From a virus (taxonomy: Duplodnaviria > Caudoviricetes), in the IMG/VR virus record IMGVR_UViG_3300037465_000164, positions 1-30,877 of that record: DNA of 30,877 bases; one strand, 5' to 3'. The notes beneath the pieces were generated by a model that saw nothing but the letters and a program-made list of their open reading frames with translations, had not been told where the DNA came from and ran no database searches. The translations under genes were made by a program, and so were the position numbers. Below are positions 1 to 8,749 of this stretch, in pieces. Numbering within the stretch: position 1 is the stretch's first letter; each line of letters starts with the position of its first letter.

Positions 1-1
1 C

Positions 2-1636
2 CCCGCGTTGCATCGGCAAGACCTCCGTCCCAGGAGCGGCCCGCAACAACTCCGGCCCGCGTTCCCCGACTAAGAACTGACCGCCGAACGGGAGCCGTCC
101 GCCTTCGGCCAACCCCGCTTCCCACCATGGCTGGAACTGATTGAGCGGAGCCCCGCCGCCGTAGCTGCTGTTCTCTGCGCTGAAGGTGCTCCGCGTCAGG
201 TAGTCGATGAACTCCTCGCGCAACCCCGGCACGTCATTTAAGCTTGTGATAGACGGGTTGATTTGCTGCAAAGCCTGGAGGAGGAGCTTGCCGCCAACAT
301 CCGCCACTGCTTGTTGTTGGTCGGCTGTCCCGCTGATCCCTCCGTAGCTGTAGGCGCTTGGCCCCGCTTCGGAACCAGCGATCATCTGGCTGATGAACTG
401 CTGAAAACCAGCGGTGTCCACCCCCAACCCGCCGAGCCGTTGCGTGAAGAAGCTCCCGATCTCCTGTACTTGGTCGGCTTGGCTGTCGAGGTCTTGCTGG
501 CGGAAGGCTTCTTTGATAGCCTGTTGGTCGGAACGCTCTCCGAACAGTCCTCCGAACAACCCAGCGATCCCCCCAACCACCGCCCCAATCGCCGTCCCAA
601 CGCCCGGAAAGATGGCTGTCCCTAAGGCCGTGCCCGTTGCTGCGCCTCCAAGGCCACCGAGCGCTGAAGATTGAAACTGGTTGCTTCCAACGTTTGAGGC
701 AAGCTGACCCACGCCGTATCCTGCCAATGCCGTTCCTGCTAAGGGGATGCCTTGGGTTCTTGCAATTAAGGCAAGTCCTTCCATCGTACCAAGTGTCCCC
801 GCCTGCATCTGGCCGAGGATGTCCGCGACGGACATTTGGCCGATAGAGAGCGGATACCCACCCCCACCAAGCGCCCTGGCAATCGCATCGCCGATGCCAC
901 CCGTCGTTCCTGATTGACCTGTGCCTGGAACACCTGTACCTGCACCTGTTCCTACTCCGCCACGTCCAGCTAACAACAAGGCTGTCCCTAACTGAGCGAG
1001 ATATTTATTCCGTTCTGTCTCTGCCAAGGCGTTCATCATCGCTGCGCTGATTTCGCCTTGAAATGCCTGTGATTGGAGGTCGCCTTCTCCCCCGTAGACC
1101 GTCTCCGCCGCCCCCAACTGTCGGTTGAGGGTTTCCCGCATGAGGTCAGCTTGCAGCGAGAGGCGTTGCGGCAGGGCGCGGGTCAGGAAGGCGTCGCGGA
1201 TGGCGGCCAGTTCGCTGCCCCCCATCGCCGTCGAAGCACTTTGGGGTAGTCCTGCGATAATGCTCTGCTGGACGTTATTGAACAAGTCTCGCTCCGATTG
1301 CTCAAACGCAGGGAGGTACTTCGAGTAGAGCCCCCCTGGCGCAAACGGATCAGGCGGAGCTTGGTAGACGCCTTGGAGGTAGTTGACGGCCGAGGTGCCG
1401 TAGGGACTTCGCAAGTCGTAGATCGACGGTGCGGTGATGTCCTCCTGCGGACGCATGGCGTAGGCTAACAGGCCGAGTCCTCCAAGCTGCTCAGCCGTCC
1501 GTGGTAACCCTGTCGCGGTCGGTTGGTTGAGCAAGGTACTGAAGTTTGGCAGGAAGGAGGTCAGCGTGCTCCCGAACCCGCCGAGGTTCAGTTGTCCGCG
1601 CTCGTTCGCCAAGAGATTCCAAAGCCTCGTCCACAT
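2..1636 (-). CDS. Internal virion/ejection (tape-measure-like) protein, 3' partial, at least 545 aa; not in the ORF track
   Basis: I translated it by hand from ATG 1636 (MWTRLWNLLANERGQLNLGG...) and it is open to the window edge. It has a glycine-zipper segment GTALGTAIFPGVGTAIGAVVGGIAGLFGGLFG and the motif LAEGG...FLVGERGPELL typical of tape-measure/internal proteins. A G-rich RBS lies upstream. Confidence 0.8.
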   Translation of the reverse strand, partial: MWTRLWNLLANERGQLNLGGFGSTLTSFLPNFSTLLNQPTATGLPRTAEQLGGLGLLAYAMRPQEDITAPSIYDLRSPYGTSAVNYLQGVYQAPPDPFAPGGLYSKYLPAFEQSERDLFNNVQQSIIAGLPQSASTAMGGSELAAIRDAFLTRALPQRLSLQADLMRETLNRQLGAAETVYGGEGDLQSQAFQGEISAAMMNALAETERNKYLAQLGTALLLAGRGGVGTGAGTGVPGTGQSGTTGGIGDAIARALGGGGYPLSIGQMSVADILGQMQAGTLGTMEGLALIARTQGIPLAGTALAGYGVGQLASNVGSNQFQSSALGGLGGAATGTALGTAIFPGVGTAIGAVVGGIAGLFGGLFGERSDQQAIKEAFRQQDLDSQADQVQEIGSFFTQRLGGLGVDTAGFQQFISQMIAGSEAGPSAYSYGGISGTADQQQAVADVGGKLLLQALQQINPSITSLNDVPGLREEFIDYLTRSTFSAENSSYGGGAPLNQFQPWWEAGLAEGGRLPFGGQFLVGERGPELLRAAPGTEVLPMQRG

Positions 1637-1659
1637 CCTTACCCCACCCCCTCTCATGT

Positions 1660-1980
1660 CTACGTAACCTCTACTCCAGACACAGTCAATGTCAGTGCCG
1701 TCGCCGTATCCGCATACGCTTGGAGTATCCCCGCCGCCGTCAAGACGATGAAGCCGTGGTACTCGAACGTCTCGCGTGGCGCGATCACCCGCTCTGAGAA
1801 GATGCGCGTCCCCGCCGCATCCGCCCCAATGCTGACCGTGAGCTTGACTTGATTCGCCGTCGTGTTGCACGCCAGCAGGCTTCGGATGATCGCCGTCGTG
1901 CTCGCGGGCACCGTGTACTGCGTCGTGGCGGAGGTGCCAAGCTGCGTTGGTCCGCTGAGCCGTTTAGCCGTGTCCGCCAT
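1660..1980 (-). CDS. Small beta-sandwich virion/tail-associated protein
   Basis: 106 aa, Thr/Ala-rich, with a YTVPASTTAII...N...SGVEVT pattern seen in small phage structural proteins; tightly packed in the tail operon. Confidence 0.7.
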   Translation of the reverse strand: MADTAKRLSGPTQLGTSATTQYTVPASTTAIIRSLLACNTTANQVKLTVSIGADAAGTRIFSERVIAPRETFEYHGFIVLTAAGILQAYADTATALTLTVSGVEVT

Positions 1981-1981
1981 G

Positions 1982-2230
1982 TCAGTCTGTCAGGTACTTC
2001 AGCACCGTCGTCGCAGGCACCGTGTCCGTGCTCCATGAGAGCACGCCGGAGGTGCTCGTTCTGAGGAACCCGTTGGTCACGTAGGCCGTCGGCCAGGTGT
2101 ACGTCAGCCCCCCGGCGTGGAGGTTCAAACCGTAGATGTTGTTGAACCGCTTGGTCGCTGTCCCGATGTCTAGTTGCAGGTCAGTCAGCGGACGCACTTC
2201 GGTGTTATACCAGTGGAACGTCGCCCCCAT
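1982..2230 (-). CDS. Short tail-fibre-like protein
   Basis: 82 aa with fibre-type motifs P-x-TD-x3-DIG-x3-KRFNNIY and YTWP-x6-GFLRT-x3-G-x-LSW. Confidence 0.65.
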   Translation of the reverse strand: MGATFHWYNTEVRPLTDLQLDIGTATKRFNNIYGLNLHAGGLTYTWPTAYVTNGFLRTSTSGVLSWSTDTVPATTVLKYLTD

Positions 2231-2869
2231 CTAGTTACTCACCGTGATCGTGTACTTCACCTTCAGGTACTCCCCGTTGTTCACCGTGACGGTGGGGGAG
2301 ATCACGTCGCGGAGGATGCAGAAGCCGAAGTAATCCGTCTCAGCATTTCCAGAACTTCGTCCAGCTACACAATAAGCTCCAATCTCTGCGATGACGATTG
2401 ACCCTCCGCTATCGTTTCTGAAGATACGCTCAATGTCAAATGACGCGCTTGAGGCTCCTGTCGTATAGTTCAGACCCCAGCACCCATAATAAACCAACTG
2501 TCCAGCGGAACTTCCGTTCGCTACAGGTGCGACCAAATTGTCATCCGCAACTGCCACCGCCGTACTACTCGTCCCGACTTGAATCCCGCAATCATCGGCA
2601 TAGACGCTCGTAAACCATGTGGTATTTTGGGACATATTGGAATCATCACCAGCAGCTAATCCTGGATGGCCTACGCCTAATCCAGCATCAACCGTTTCTA
2701 CTTCTCTTGAAGTATTATCAATGTCGATGATGTTCTGTGTCAGGTTTGAAGTTAACACGTAAAGCTGTTGCAAGAATGCCTTGACGAAGCTCCGCGATAA
2801 CTCAGTATATGGCGGCGCTTTCAATCGATGCTGTCGATCAAATTGACTCAACGTATAATAGACGTACAT
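2231..2869 (-). CDS. Tail/baseplate-associated protein, paralogue 4 of 4
   Basis: Shares SF, G-I-x-VGT, D-x-x-L, R-x-F-x-N-x-SGGSI-x-x-x-EIG, RD and NG..Y motifs with the three upstream genes; resembles tail-collar/fibre-attachment domains. Confidence 0.75.
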   Translation of the reverse strand: MYVYYTLSQFDRQHRLKAPPYTELSRSFVKAFLQQLYVLTSNLTQNIIDIDNTSREVETVDAGLGVGHPGLAAGDDSNMSQNTTWFTSVYADDCGIQVGTSSTAVAVADDNLVAPVANGSSAGQLVYYGCWGLNYTTGASSASFDIERIFRNDSGGSIVIAEIGAYCVAGRSSGNAETDYFGFCILRDVISPTVTVNNGEYLKVKYTITVSN

Positions 2870-3501
2870 TACGCTGTCACCGAGAGCGTATAAATGACCC
2901 GCATATATTCCCCGTTCGCTACTGTAAATCCAGGCGACACCAAATCGCGTATGACGCAGATAGCTGCTTGAGCATTGGTATTTCTTGATGCGACGTAGAC
3001 TCCGACTTCATTGATAGTGATACTCCCACTACTGGAGTTCCTAAAAATCCGCTCCAAGGTGAATGATCCAGTAGGATTTGAGATTGTCAGTCCAGTCCCA
3101 GATGAAGGAAAGTGTTCAAGCGTTCCAGATGAGGTACCATCAAGTATCTGTGTGGCAAGCTGATAATCAGTCGGAGTGACAGCCGTTGTGCCCGTACCAA
3201 CCACAATTCCCTGGTCAGACGAAATGAACGCTGCTGCTGGTAAATAGAAGTTCTGAGCGTTGCCACCACTCCGACCTGCCGCAGTCGCTCGGAGGATCGC
3301 GTAATAACTGGCTGTCGCTATGTTTAGCGTCGCGGTGGCACCATCAATATCAGTAATGTCAAGACTAGTAGACGCTTCAAAGAGTCGAAAGTGTAATTTG
3401 AGAAAACCCTGCACGAAACTCCGCGAACGCCGTCGTCTGGACTGACGCAAATACGACATCTCTGGATCATAGGCAAAGACTTGAAAGTAACTTTTGAGCA
3501 T
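2869..3501 (-). CDS. Tail/baseplate-associated protein, paralogue 3 of 4
   Basis: Motifs GIVVGTGTTAVTPTDYQL, ERIFRNSSSGSITINEVGVY and IRDLVSP; TAATG/TGATG coupling on both sides. Confidence 0.75.
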   Translation of the reverse strand: MLKSYFQVFAYDPEMSYLRQSRRRRSRSFVQGFLKLHFRLFEASTSLDITDIDGATATLNIATASYYAILRATAAGRSGGNAQNFYLPAAAFISSDQGIVVGTGTTAVTPTDYQLATQILDGTSSGTLEHFPSSGTGLTISNPTGSFTLERIFRNSSSGSITINEVGVYVASRNTNAQAAICVIRDLVSPGFTVANGEYMRVIYTLSVTA

Positions 3502-4070
3502 CAGATGGTCGTGGTGAAGTCGTAGTTAACGGTTAACTGCTGACCATTTGTTACCGTAACGGCTCCAGTGAGATCACGTACCCAGAGGTAGTTATTCGTA
3601 CCGTTTCCACTCACCAACCCAATTTCCTGTACCGTCACCGTACCCCCCGATCCATTAGTAAACACTCTCGTCAATCGAAATGTCGTCGTGGTAGCGGTCG
3701 TTGAAGGCGCACCGTAGGTCATGCTGCCATACTGAAGTTGTCCTGCACTCGTGCCGTGGGCAATTTGAGTCCCCAGTGATGTGTCGTTGATCGACTCCGC
3801 TCCGGTGCCAGTTCCCGTCTGGATGCCGTAGGTGCTAACAGTTGTCCCCGCATTAGTCAGCAACGTCATAGACGATAGCGTGCTGATCGATGAGCCACCC
3901 GTATTCGTCACCGCGACAGGTGTTCCCATGCCGAACCCGAACCCGATATTGAACATGAGCTTGGCGAACCCGACCACAAAACTGTGTGATGGTCGGATGC
4001 TTGTCTCTGCCACCAACAAGCCAGAGGGTTCATGGATAGCAAGCTGATAGAACAGTTCAAGATTCTTCAT
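3501..4070 (-). CDS. Tail/baseplate-associated protein, paralogue 2 of 4
   Basis: Motifs GIQTGTGTGA, TQIAHGTSAGQL, TRVFTNGSGGTVTVQEIG and VRD. Confidence 0.75.
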   Translation of the reverse strand: MKNLELFYQLAIHEPSGLLVAETSIRPSHSFVVGFAKLMFNIGFGFGMGTPVAVTNTGGSSISTLSSMTLLTNAGTTVSTYGIQTGTGTGAESINDTSLGTQIAHGTSAGQLQYGSMTYGAPSTTATTTTFRLTRVFTNGSGGTVTVQEIGLVSGNGTNNYLWVRDLTGAVTVTNGQQLTVNYDFTTTI

Positions 4071-4660
4071 GCCGTCGTACTCAAGATGTAATTCAGCGTC
4101 AGTTGATCGCCGTTACTGAGAGTAATCGTCACGGTGTCTCTGACAATACACATTTGACGGTTTCCCGCCCCCTGTTCTGAATCTCGCATCGTGGCGTAGA
4201 TGCCGATTTCTCTGACTGTAATCGACCCACCTGATGAGTTGGCGAACACACGGGTCAGTTGTAGCGTCGTAGTGGTCGCGGTAGACACAGGCAGATTGAC
4301 GACGCTCGCTCCGTAGTCGAGCGTGCCAGCTGATGTACCATGCGAGATTTGCGTTTGCAATTTTGAGTCAGTGATGGTAACGGCATTTGTCCCCGTACCA
4401 ACAACCAGTCCCTCTGTTGCGTTTCCAGCCGCCGTGTTGCAATCCATCATCGTATTGCGATGGATGGTCCGGCTCACTCCTCCTGTATCCGTTAGATTCT
4501 GCGTGGTCGGACCTACCATCCGTAGATACAGTCCTGTGATGTAGGCCGTCAAAAAACTATGCGCCATCCGCCTCCGAAACGGCACCTTGATCTTGCCGTC
4601 GGCTCCCTTGACTTGGTAGCTGTAGTAGAGGGCGCAGGCGCCACGGACATTACGGCTCAT
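4067..4660 (-). CDS. Tail/baseplate-associated protein, paralogue 1 of 4 (start revised to ATG 4660, 197 aa)
   Basis: GAGGA RBS and ATGA overlap at 4657-4660. Motifs GLVVGTGTNAV, TQISHGTSAGTL, TRVFANSSGGSITVREIG and VRD. Confidence 0.75.
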   Translation of the reverse strand: MSRNVRGACALYYSYQVKGADGKIKVPFRRRMAHSFLTAYITGLYLRMVGPTTQNLTDTGGVSRTIHRNTMMDCNTAAGNATEGLVVGTGTNAVTITDSKLQTQISHGTSAGTLDYGASVVNLPVSTATTTTLQLTRVFANSSGGSITVREIGIYATMRDSEQGAGNRQMCIVRDTVTITLSNGDQLTLNYILSTTA

Positions 4661-4887
4661 GCGAACTTCCTCACCAGAAATCCTCTTGCACAGTGCTGGC
4701 ACAACGCACCACGACACGCGAAATGTCCGCTCAGGATGTGTCCGACATCCTGCCAGACCCAGGAGTGGAGATGCTTGATCTGCTGTCCGCAATCCTGACA
4801 CCACACCCGTGAGATGTGATCCTCTCCAGTCAAAAAGTAGATGTCCTTGTGCGGGCAAAAGAATTGTCGGATACGCCTAAGCCACAT
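4657..4887 (-). CDS. Small Cys/His-rich hypothetical protein (possible Zn binding)
   Basis: Contains C-P-H, CQDC and CQHC; coupled by TGATG upstream and ATGA downstream. Confidence 0.6.
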   Translation of the reverse strand: MWLRRIRQFFCPHKDIYFLTGEDHISRVWCQDCGQQIKHLHSWVWQDVGHILSGHFACRGALCQHCARGFLVRKFA

Positions 4888-5480
4888 CACACCACCGCCG
4901 TCGAGAATGACGCCGCCAAGCTGGTATCGGTCTGATCGTGCGTCTTATCCATCGTAATGAGGCTTTCCGCATCTGCGCTCTCCACCGTGGGAATTGCCTG
5001 CTCAAAGGTGAAGTTGAACGGGGCGGTGAACTTCCCAGTCGTCCCCTGGTCGATGTGTCGCTGCGTCTCGCCCCTGGCGTAGAAGATGATCGGCTCCGGA
5101 GAGACGCGGCTGTAGAAGATGATCGGCTCCGGTGTCCCGCTGCGCTCGTAGAAGATGATCGGAATCCCGCCCTCGTCGAAGGAGCCAATCGTCTTACTCA
5201 AGTCTGGCGTCAGGAGGATGTCGAACACGATCTGGCTGACGAACTCGGTGTTGAAGGCAGCCGTCAAGCTGGTGTCGGTTTTGTCAATCGTTTTGGAGAT
5301 GGTGAACAGCGATTGCGCGTCCACCGCCGCGTCGAAGGTGATCGTCTGCGACGTGGCGGTCTGGTTGAACGGGGCGGTCAGCCCGCTCTCCGTCTCGTTG
5401 ATCGACTGTGCCAACGTGATGAGGGACTGCGCGTCGGACGAGGTCGGCTCGATGGTCTGGTTGTGGATGAACTCAGCCAT
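4887..5480 (-). CDS. Repeat-containing putative tail structural protein
   Basis: 197 aa, acidic and Thr-rich, with three DA[QE]SL...L-x-A-x-F units and three PIIFY units. Confidence 0.65.
   Translation of the reverse strand: MAEFIHNQTIEPTSSDAQSLITLAQSINETESGLTAPFNQTATSQTITFDAAVDAQSLFTISKTIDKTDTSLTAAFNTEFVSQIVFDILLTPDLSKTIGSFDEGGIPIIFYERSGTPEPIIFYSRVSPEPIIFYARGETQRHIDQGTTGKFTAPFNFTFEQAIPTVESADAESLITMDKTHDQTDTSLAASFSTAVV
5079..5162. repeat. Three coding direct repeats gtagaagatgatcgg(ctccgg)
   Basis: Copies start at 5079, 5112 and 5148 (33 and 36 nt periods) and encode (PE)PIIFY. Confidence 0.9.
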
Positions 5481-5787
5481 GTTGCTTGTGACACTCGCAC
5501 GTTACTTGATCTGGATTGTATTGACAAAACTCCTCATGAAACGCAGACCGCTGGTCTTCTTTCCCTAAATAGGGATGGCCTTGAATACTCAGAGCTTGCA
5601 ACAACCACTCCGCCCACTCAGTCACGAAGCACCCATCCGCAGCCCCCTCCCTTGCACCAGCACATCGACAATCTGGTGGTAAATTGCGATAGATAGCATC
5701 AGGGGCATCGCGCAGGATAAGGTAGAGTCGAGCGCGTTCCGCGTTCGTGAGTTTCTTCGACAACCATTCCAGTAGATTATGTTCCAC
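5473..5787 (-). CDS. Hypothetical protein, Cys-rich
   Basis: 104 aa ORF filling the gap, with short overlaps to both neighbours; contains CRC and CECH. Confidence 0.55.
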   Translation of the reverse strand: MEHNLLEWLSKKLTNAERARLYLILRDAPDAIYRNLPPDCRCAGAREGAADGCFVTEWAEWLLQALSIQGHPYLGKEDQRSAFHEEFCQYNPDQVTCECHKQHG

Positions 5788-6028
5788 GGCTCACGCTCCA
5801 GCTTGGCGTCGCGCTCACGGACGACGCTTGTTCTAAAGCGCGATCCACGACGATCTTCTCAACGGTGCCGGTGGGCTTATTGAGCGATGCCTTCTTCGAG
5901 GCCGGAGGCTCCAGACGCTTCAGGAAGTCCAGCGATTGCTTGAACTCATCCTTAGGCAAGTCCACGCCGAAGCAGGCCGATTTCAGCAGCAGGATCACGT
6001 AGTCCTTGGGCAAGCCGATCATTTCCAT
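5777..6028 (-). CDS. Hypothetical protein
   Basis: 83 aa; TGATG coupling at 6028. Confidence 0.6.
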   Translation of the reverse strand: MEMIGLPKDYVILLLKSACFGVDLPKDEFKQSLDFLKRLEPPASKKASLNKPTGTVEKIVVDRALEQASSVSATPSWSVSRGT

Positions 6029-6405
6029 CAGAATTGCGCCCTGATCGCGTCGTCGGTGTATATCTCGAAGTAGTCGTTCGTGCTGTTGTAGCGCAGGTAC
6101 ACGTCGGCAGGCCCGCCGTTCTCGCTGAGGTTCAGCCGGAAGTTCTGCCCAATGAGCACGCCTTGGGACGAGCTGTCCTTGAACCGGAAATTTGCGCTGC
6201 CGTCGAAGCTCCCCTGTGGGTTGTGAAACTGCACGCTGTCCAACGGATCAGCGGGCACGCCCCCACCGCTGTTGATCGTGTTGAAGATGTCGCGCAACGT
6301 GTTGGTGCCTGGCCCGCCAAGGCTGAGGCCGCCCTGCTCGTTCGTGCAAACGAGCTTGAGGAGCCAGAGGGCGAGGCGACGCTTGAGGTTCGCAAGGGTT
6401 CTCAT
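6028..6405 (-). CDS. Small fibre-like virion protein with an NEQG-type leader
   Basis: Fibre motif SVQFHN-x-x-GSFDGSANFRF; N-terminus KRRLALWLLKLVCTNEQG/GLSLGG; ATGA overlap with the nozzle gene. Confidence 0.65.
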   Translation of the reverse strand: MRTLANLKRRLALWLLKLVCTNEQGGLSLGGPGTNTLRDIFNTINSGGGVPADPLDSVQFHNPQGSFDGSANFRFKDSSSQGVLIGQNFRLNLSENGGPADVYLRYNSTNDYFEIYTDDAIRAQF

Positions 6406-7979
6406 ACGAGGGCTGGCGTGATCCTCTTAAAAATTATGGCGTACTTCGAGACACGAAAGGCTTGCCCTGTCGAGACATCTTTAAACTCAATTTGTAATCC
6501 CGTCCCCACCTTGCTCAACGGGAAGAACGTCGGGCGGTCGCTGGAGGTCACAGTGTAGGGTGACTCCCCGAAGGCCGTAAAGCTGTCGTTGGTGTCCGTC
6601 CGCCAGTTGAGCGTCACGGCCTCTGAGGTGCCCTGGTTGACGAACCAGACCTTGACGCCAAGGAATAGCTTGTCGACGCCAGGCAACCCGCAATGGTGGA
6701 GCGGGGTTTGCACATCGGCTTCAATCGCAGAGGCCGCGTCATCCGCGCTTCCCGTGAACACCGTCGTCTGGATTTCGTTGCGGAACTTCCCCACCAACCC
6801 ACCACCGATCAACCGTTGTTCGCCTGAGACGACGCGGTTCGCAAAGGCATTGCGCGTCAGCGTCCAGATGTAGCACTCGTTCGGGCGGCTGAAGTTGACC
6901 GCGACGACGCGGGTATGGCTCGCCCCGCCGCTGGGGGTGACGGCGAAGCAGCCGATGTCATGCTTGGAGTCATACCCGGCGCAGATGAACTCCATCCGAG
7001 TTGGTTCTAAGCTCGTCCAGTAGGGCTTGATTGGCTTCGTCCACTCCCGCAAGACCTCTCCTTGGCTCCCCTCCAAGCTGTAAATCCCGCTGATGGCAGG
7101 CCAGACGACGCGCTGCTGGGCGACGATCATCCCCTGGTGGCTGATCGGCCCCTTGCCGACCCCGCCGGGGACTTCTTGGCGGCGGAACGGGTTGCTGCCG
7201 ATGGTGTTGACCGCCATGAGTTCGATGAAGTCACGCCCGCCGACGATGCAGAAGTCGCTGATGCGCTTCAACCCCCTGATCTGGTCGTCCTGGTCGCTGC
7301 GCTCAAAGCTCTCAAACTGCGTCGTCGGGTCGGTGATGAGGTTCCCGTCGCGGATGTCCGTCCGGTAGAGGCGGTTCTTGTGGAGTGTTCCGTCGAAGTC
7401 CACATCGGCATACAGGGCGCGTTGGCCGAAGATTTCCCCGATGGCGGGCTTGAGCGAGGTCAGTCCTGTTCCTGCGATGGTAAAGTTGCTTCGCACCCCG
7501 CTGCTGTTGATGAACTGTGGCAGGTCGCGTTGGCGGCTGAGGATGATTGTGCCACGGTTCGTCCCGTCGGTGAAGTTGAGGAGCGAGGTGAGGTTGTCCT
7601 GCCCGACGGTCAGGTTCGTGCCTCCGGTAATCTCCGCAGGCGGATTCGCGCTGTCCTGATAGACGCTGTGCGCCCCTGACGCGATGCTGACGGTCATCAA
7701 GAACCGCGTGGCAATCGCGGCTTGGTCGAGCATCCCTGTGAAAATCCCCGCCGCGTTGATGGCCGTGCTCCGCACATCGCTGTTGCCAGGGCGCGTGGCG
7801 ATGTCCTCCCGCGCATTGGGCGACCAGACATCGTTGGCGAGGGCCATGCGGATCGGCGTCCCAGGGTCGAGCGTGCCTAACCCTGGTTGCCGGGGCACCT
7901 GGGCGATGTCGCCAGGCTGGTCGAGGTTGTTGTAGCCTCCAAGGAGGTCGAAAACGACCTCCTCGTAAGGATACGCCAT
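6402..7979 (-). CDS. Tail nozzle / tail tubular protein B-like (P22 gp10 / T7 gp12 position); start revised to ATG 7979, 525 aa
   Basis: N-terminal DLLGGYN motif, beta-rich, size about 525 aa, directly after the adaptor with TGATG coupling. Confidence 0.75.
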   Translation of the reverse strand: MAYPYEEVVFDLLGGYNNLDQPGDIAQVPRQPGLGTLDPGTPIRMALANDVWSPNAREDIATRPGNSDVRSTAINAAGIFTGMLDQAAIATRFLMTVSIASGAHSVYQDSANPPAEITGGTNLTVGQDNLTSLLNFTDGTNRGTIILSRQRDLPQFINSSGVRSNFTIAGTGLTSLKPAIGEIFGQRALYADVDFDGTLHKNRLYRTDIRDGNLITDPTTQFESFERSDQDDQIRGLKRISDFCIVGGRDFIELMAVNTIGSNPFRRQEVPGGVGKGPISHQGMIVAQQRVVWPAISGIYSLEGSQGEVLREWTKPIKPYWTSLEPTRMEFICAGYDSKHDIGCFAVTPSGGASHTRVVAVNFSRPNECYIWTLTRNAFANRVVSGEQRLIGGGLVGKFRNEIQTTVFTGSADDAASAIEADVQTPLHHCGLPGVDKLFLGVKVWFVNQGTSEAVTLNWRTDTNDSFTAFGESPYTVTSSDRPTFFPLSKVGTGLQIEFKDVSTGQAFRVSKYAIIFKRITPALV

Positions 7980-8749
7980 CAGTACCTCATGCCACCGACC
8001 ATCCCCGCACGGCTGAAATACGGTGGGGGCGTAAATCCGTCCTTGATAAGGTGATCGGTCAACGGCATCCGCTTCGCCATGAGCGCCGCCCCGCTCTCGT
8101 AGAGGAGTTTGTAGGCGTCCGCATCTTGGCTGTTCTTGGTGATGAGCCGGTTGACCCACTCCAGGACGTAGTAGACCAGGAGCGGATCATACGGTTCCAA
8201 ATGAACGAGCTGCGTCGTACTGCCCGTCCAGGGGTAGTGCGTATCACCCGTCATCAACGTCCCACGGGCGAGGTAGTGAATCCACAACCCATCCGTCCGT
8301 GCGGTGCTCGGTTTATCGACGAGGCCGACGACGAGGTTGCTGCTGTTATCCTCGGCAGTGCTCACGTACCAGTAGAGTGGCACGCTGGCAGCACTGTTCG
8401 TCCGCCAGCCCTGGTAGTTCAGGTCTAGCCATTCCCTCGTGACGGGTTTAAACTCCTCATTCGCCGCCCCGATCCACCGGCTGCCGTCGGAGAACAGCAC
8501 CCCGCCGTCCATCATGTCGATGGCGAGAAAATCATTGCCGGTGAGCACCGGTGACGCCCCGCTCAGGACGTATTCCATCTGACTCGCCACGACGTTGACC
8601 TTCTCATTGCGTGGCAGCGCCCGGCCTTTCAACGCCAGGTCAATCGTCCCTTTGTCCAAGAGCGTGTTGATGTTGGCATCGGAGATCGCCGTCGTCTTGA
8701 CCTCTGGGGCAAGCCGGATCAGGGTCCGAAGTTCAGCACGCGTGGACAT
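7979..8749 (-). CDS. Head-tail adaptor / tail tubular protein A-like
   Basis: N-terminal T-x-AELR...ISDANINTLL helix pair, EYVL, P-x-YW and C-terminal helices; position before the nozzle gene. Confidence 0.75.
   Translation of the reverse strand: MSTRAELRTLIRLAPEVKTTAISDANINTLLDKGTIDLALKGRALPRNEKVNVVASQMEYVLSGASPVLTGNDFLAIDMMDGGVLFSDGSRWIGAANEEFKPVTREWLDLNYQGWRTNSAASVPLYWYVSTAEDNSSNLVVGLVDKPSTARTDGLWIHYLARGTLMTGDTHYPWTGSTTQLVHLEPYDPLLVYYVLEWVNRLITKNSQDADAYKLLYESGAALMAKRMPLTDHLIKDGFTPPPYFSRAGMVGGMRY

Noticed and set aside
5079-5162. Direct repeats as a CRISPR array or DGR template/variable repeat
   Set aside because: They are short in-frame coding repeats with no adenine-specific divergence and no reverse transcriptase in the window.
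4661-8159. N-terminal extensions of track ORFs 4067..4858 and 6402..8159 (likewise 15460..16083 and 23636..24199)
   Set aside because: The extensions overlap other credible genes; downstream ATGs have an RBS or stop-start coupling.
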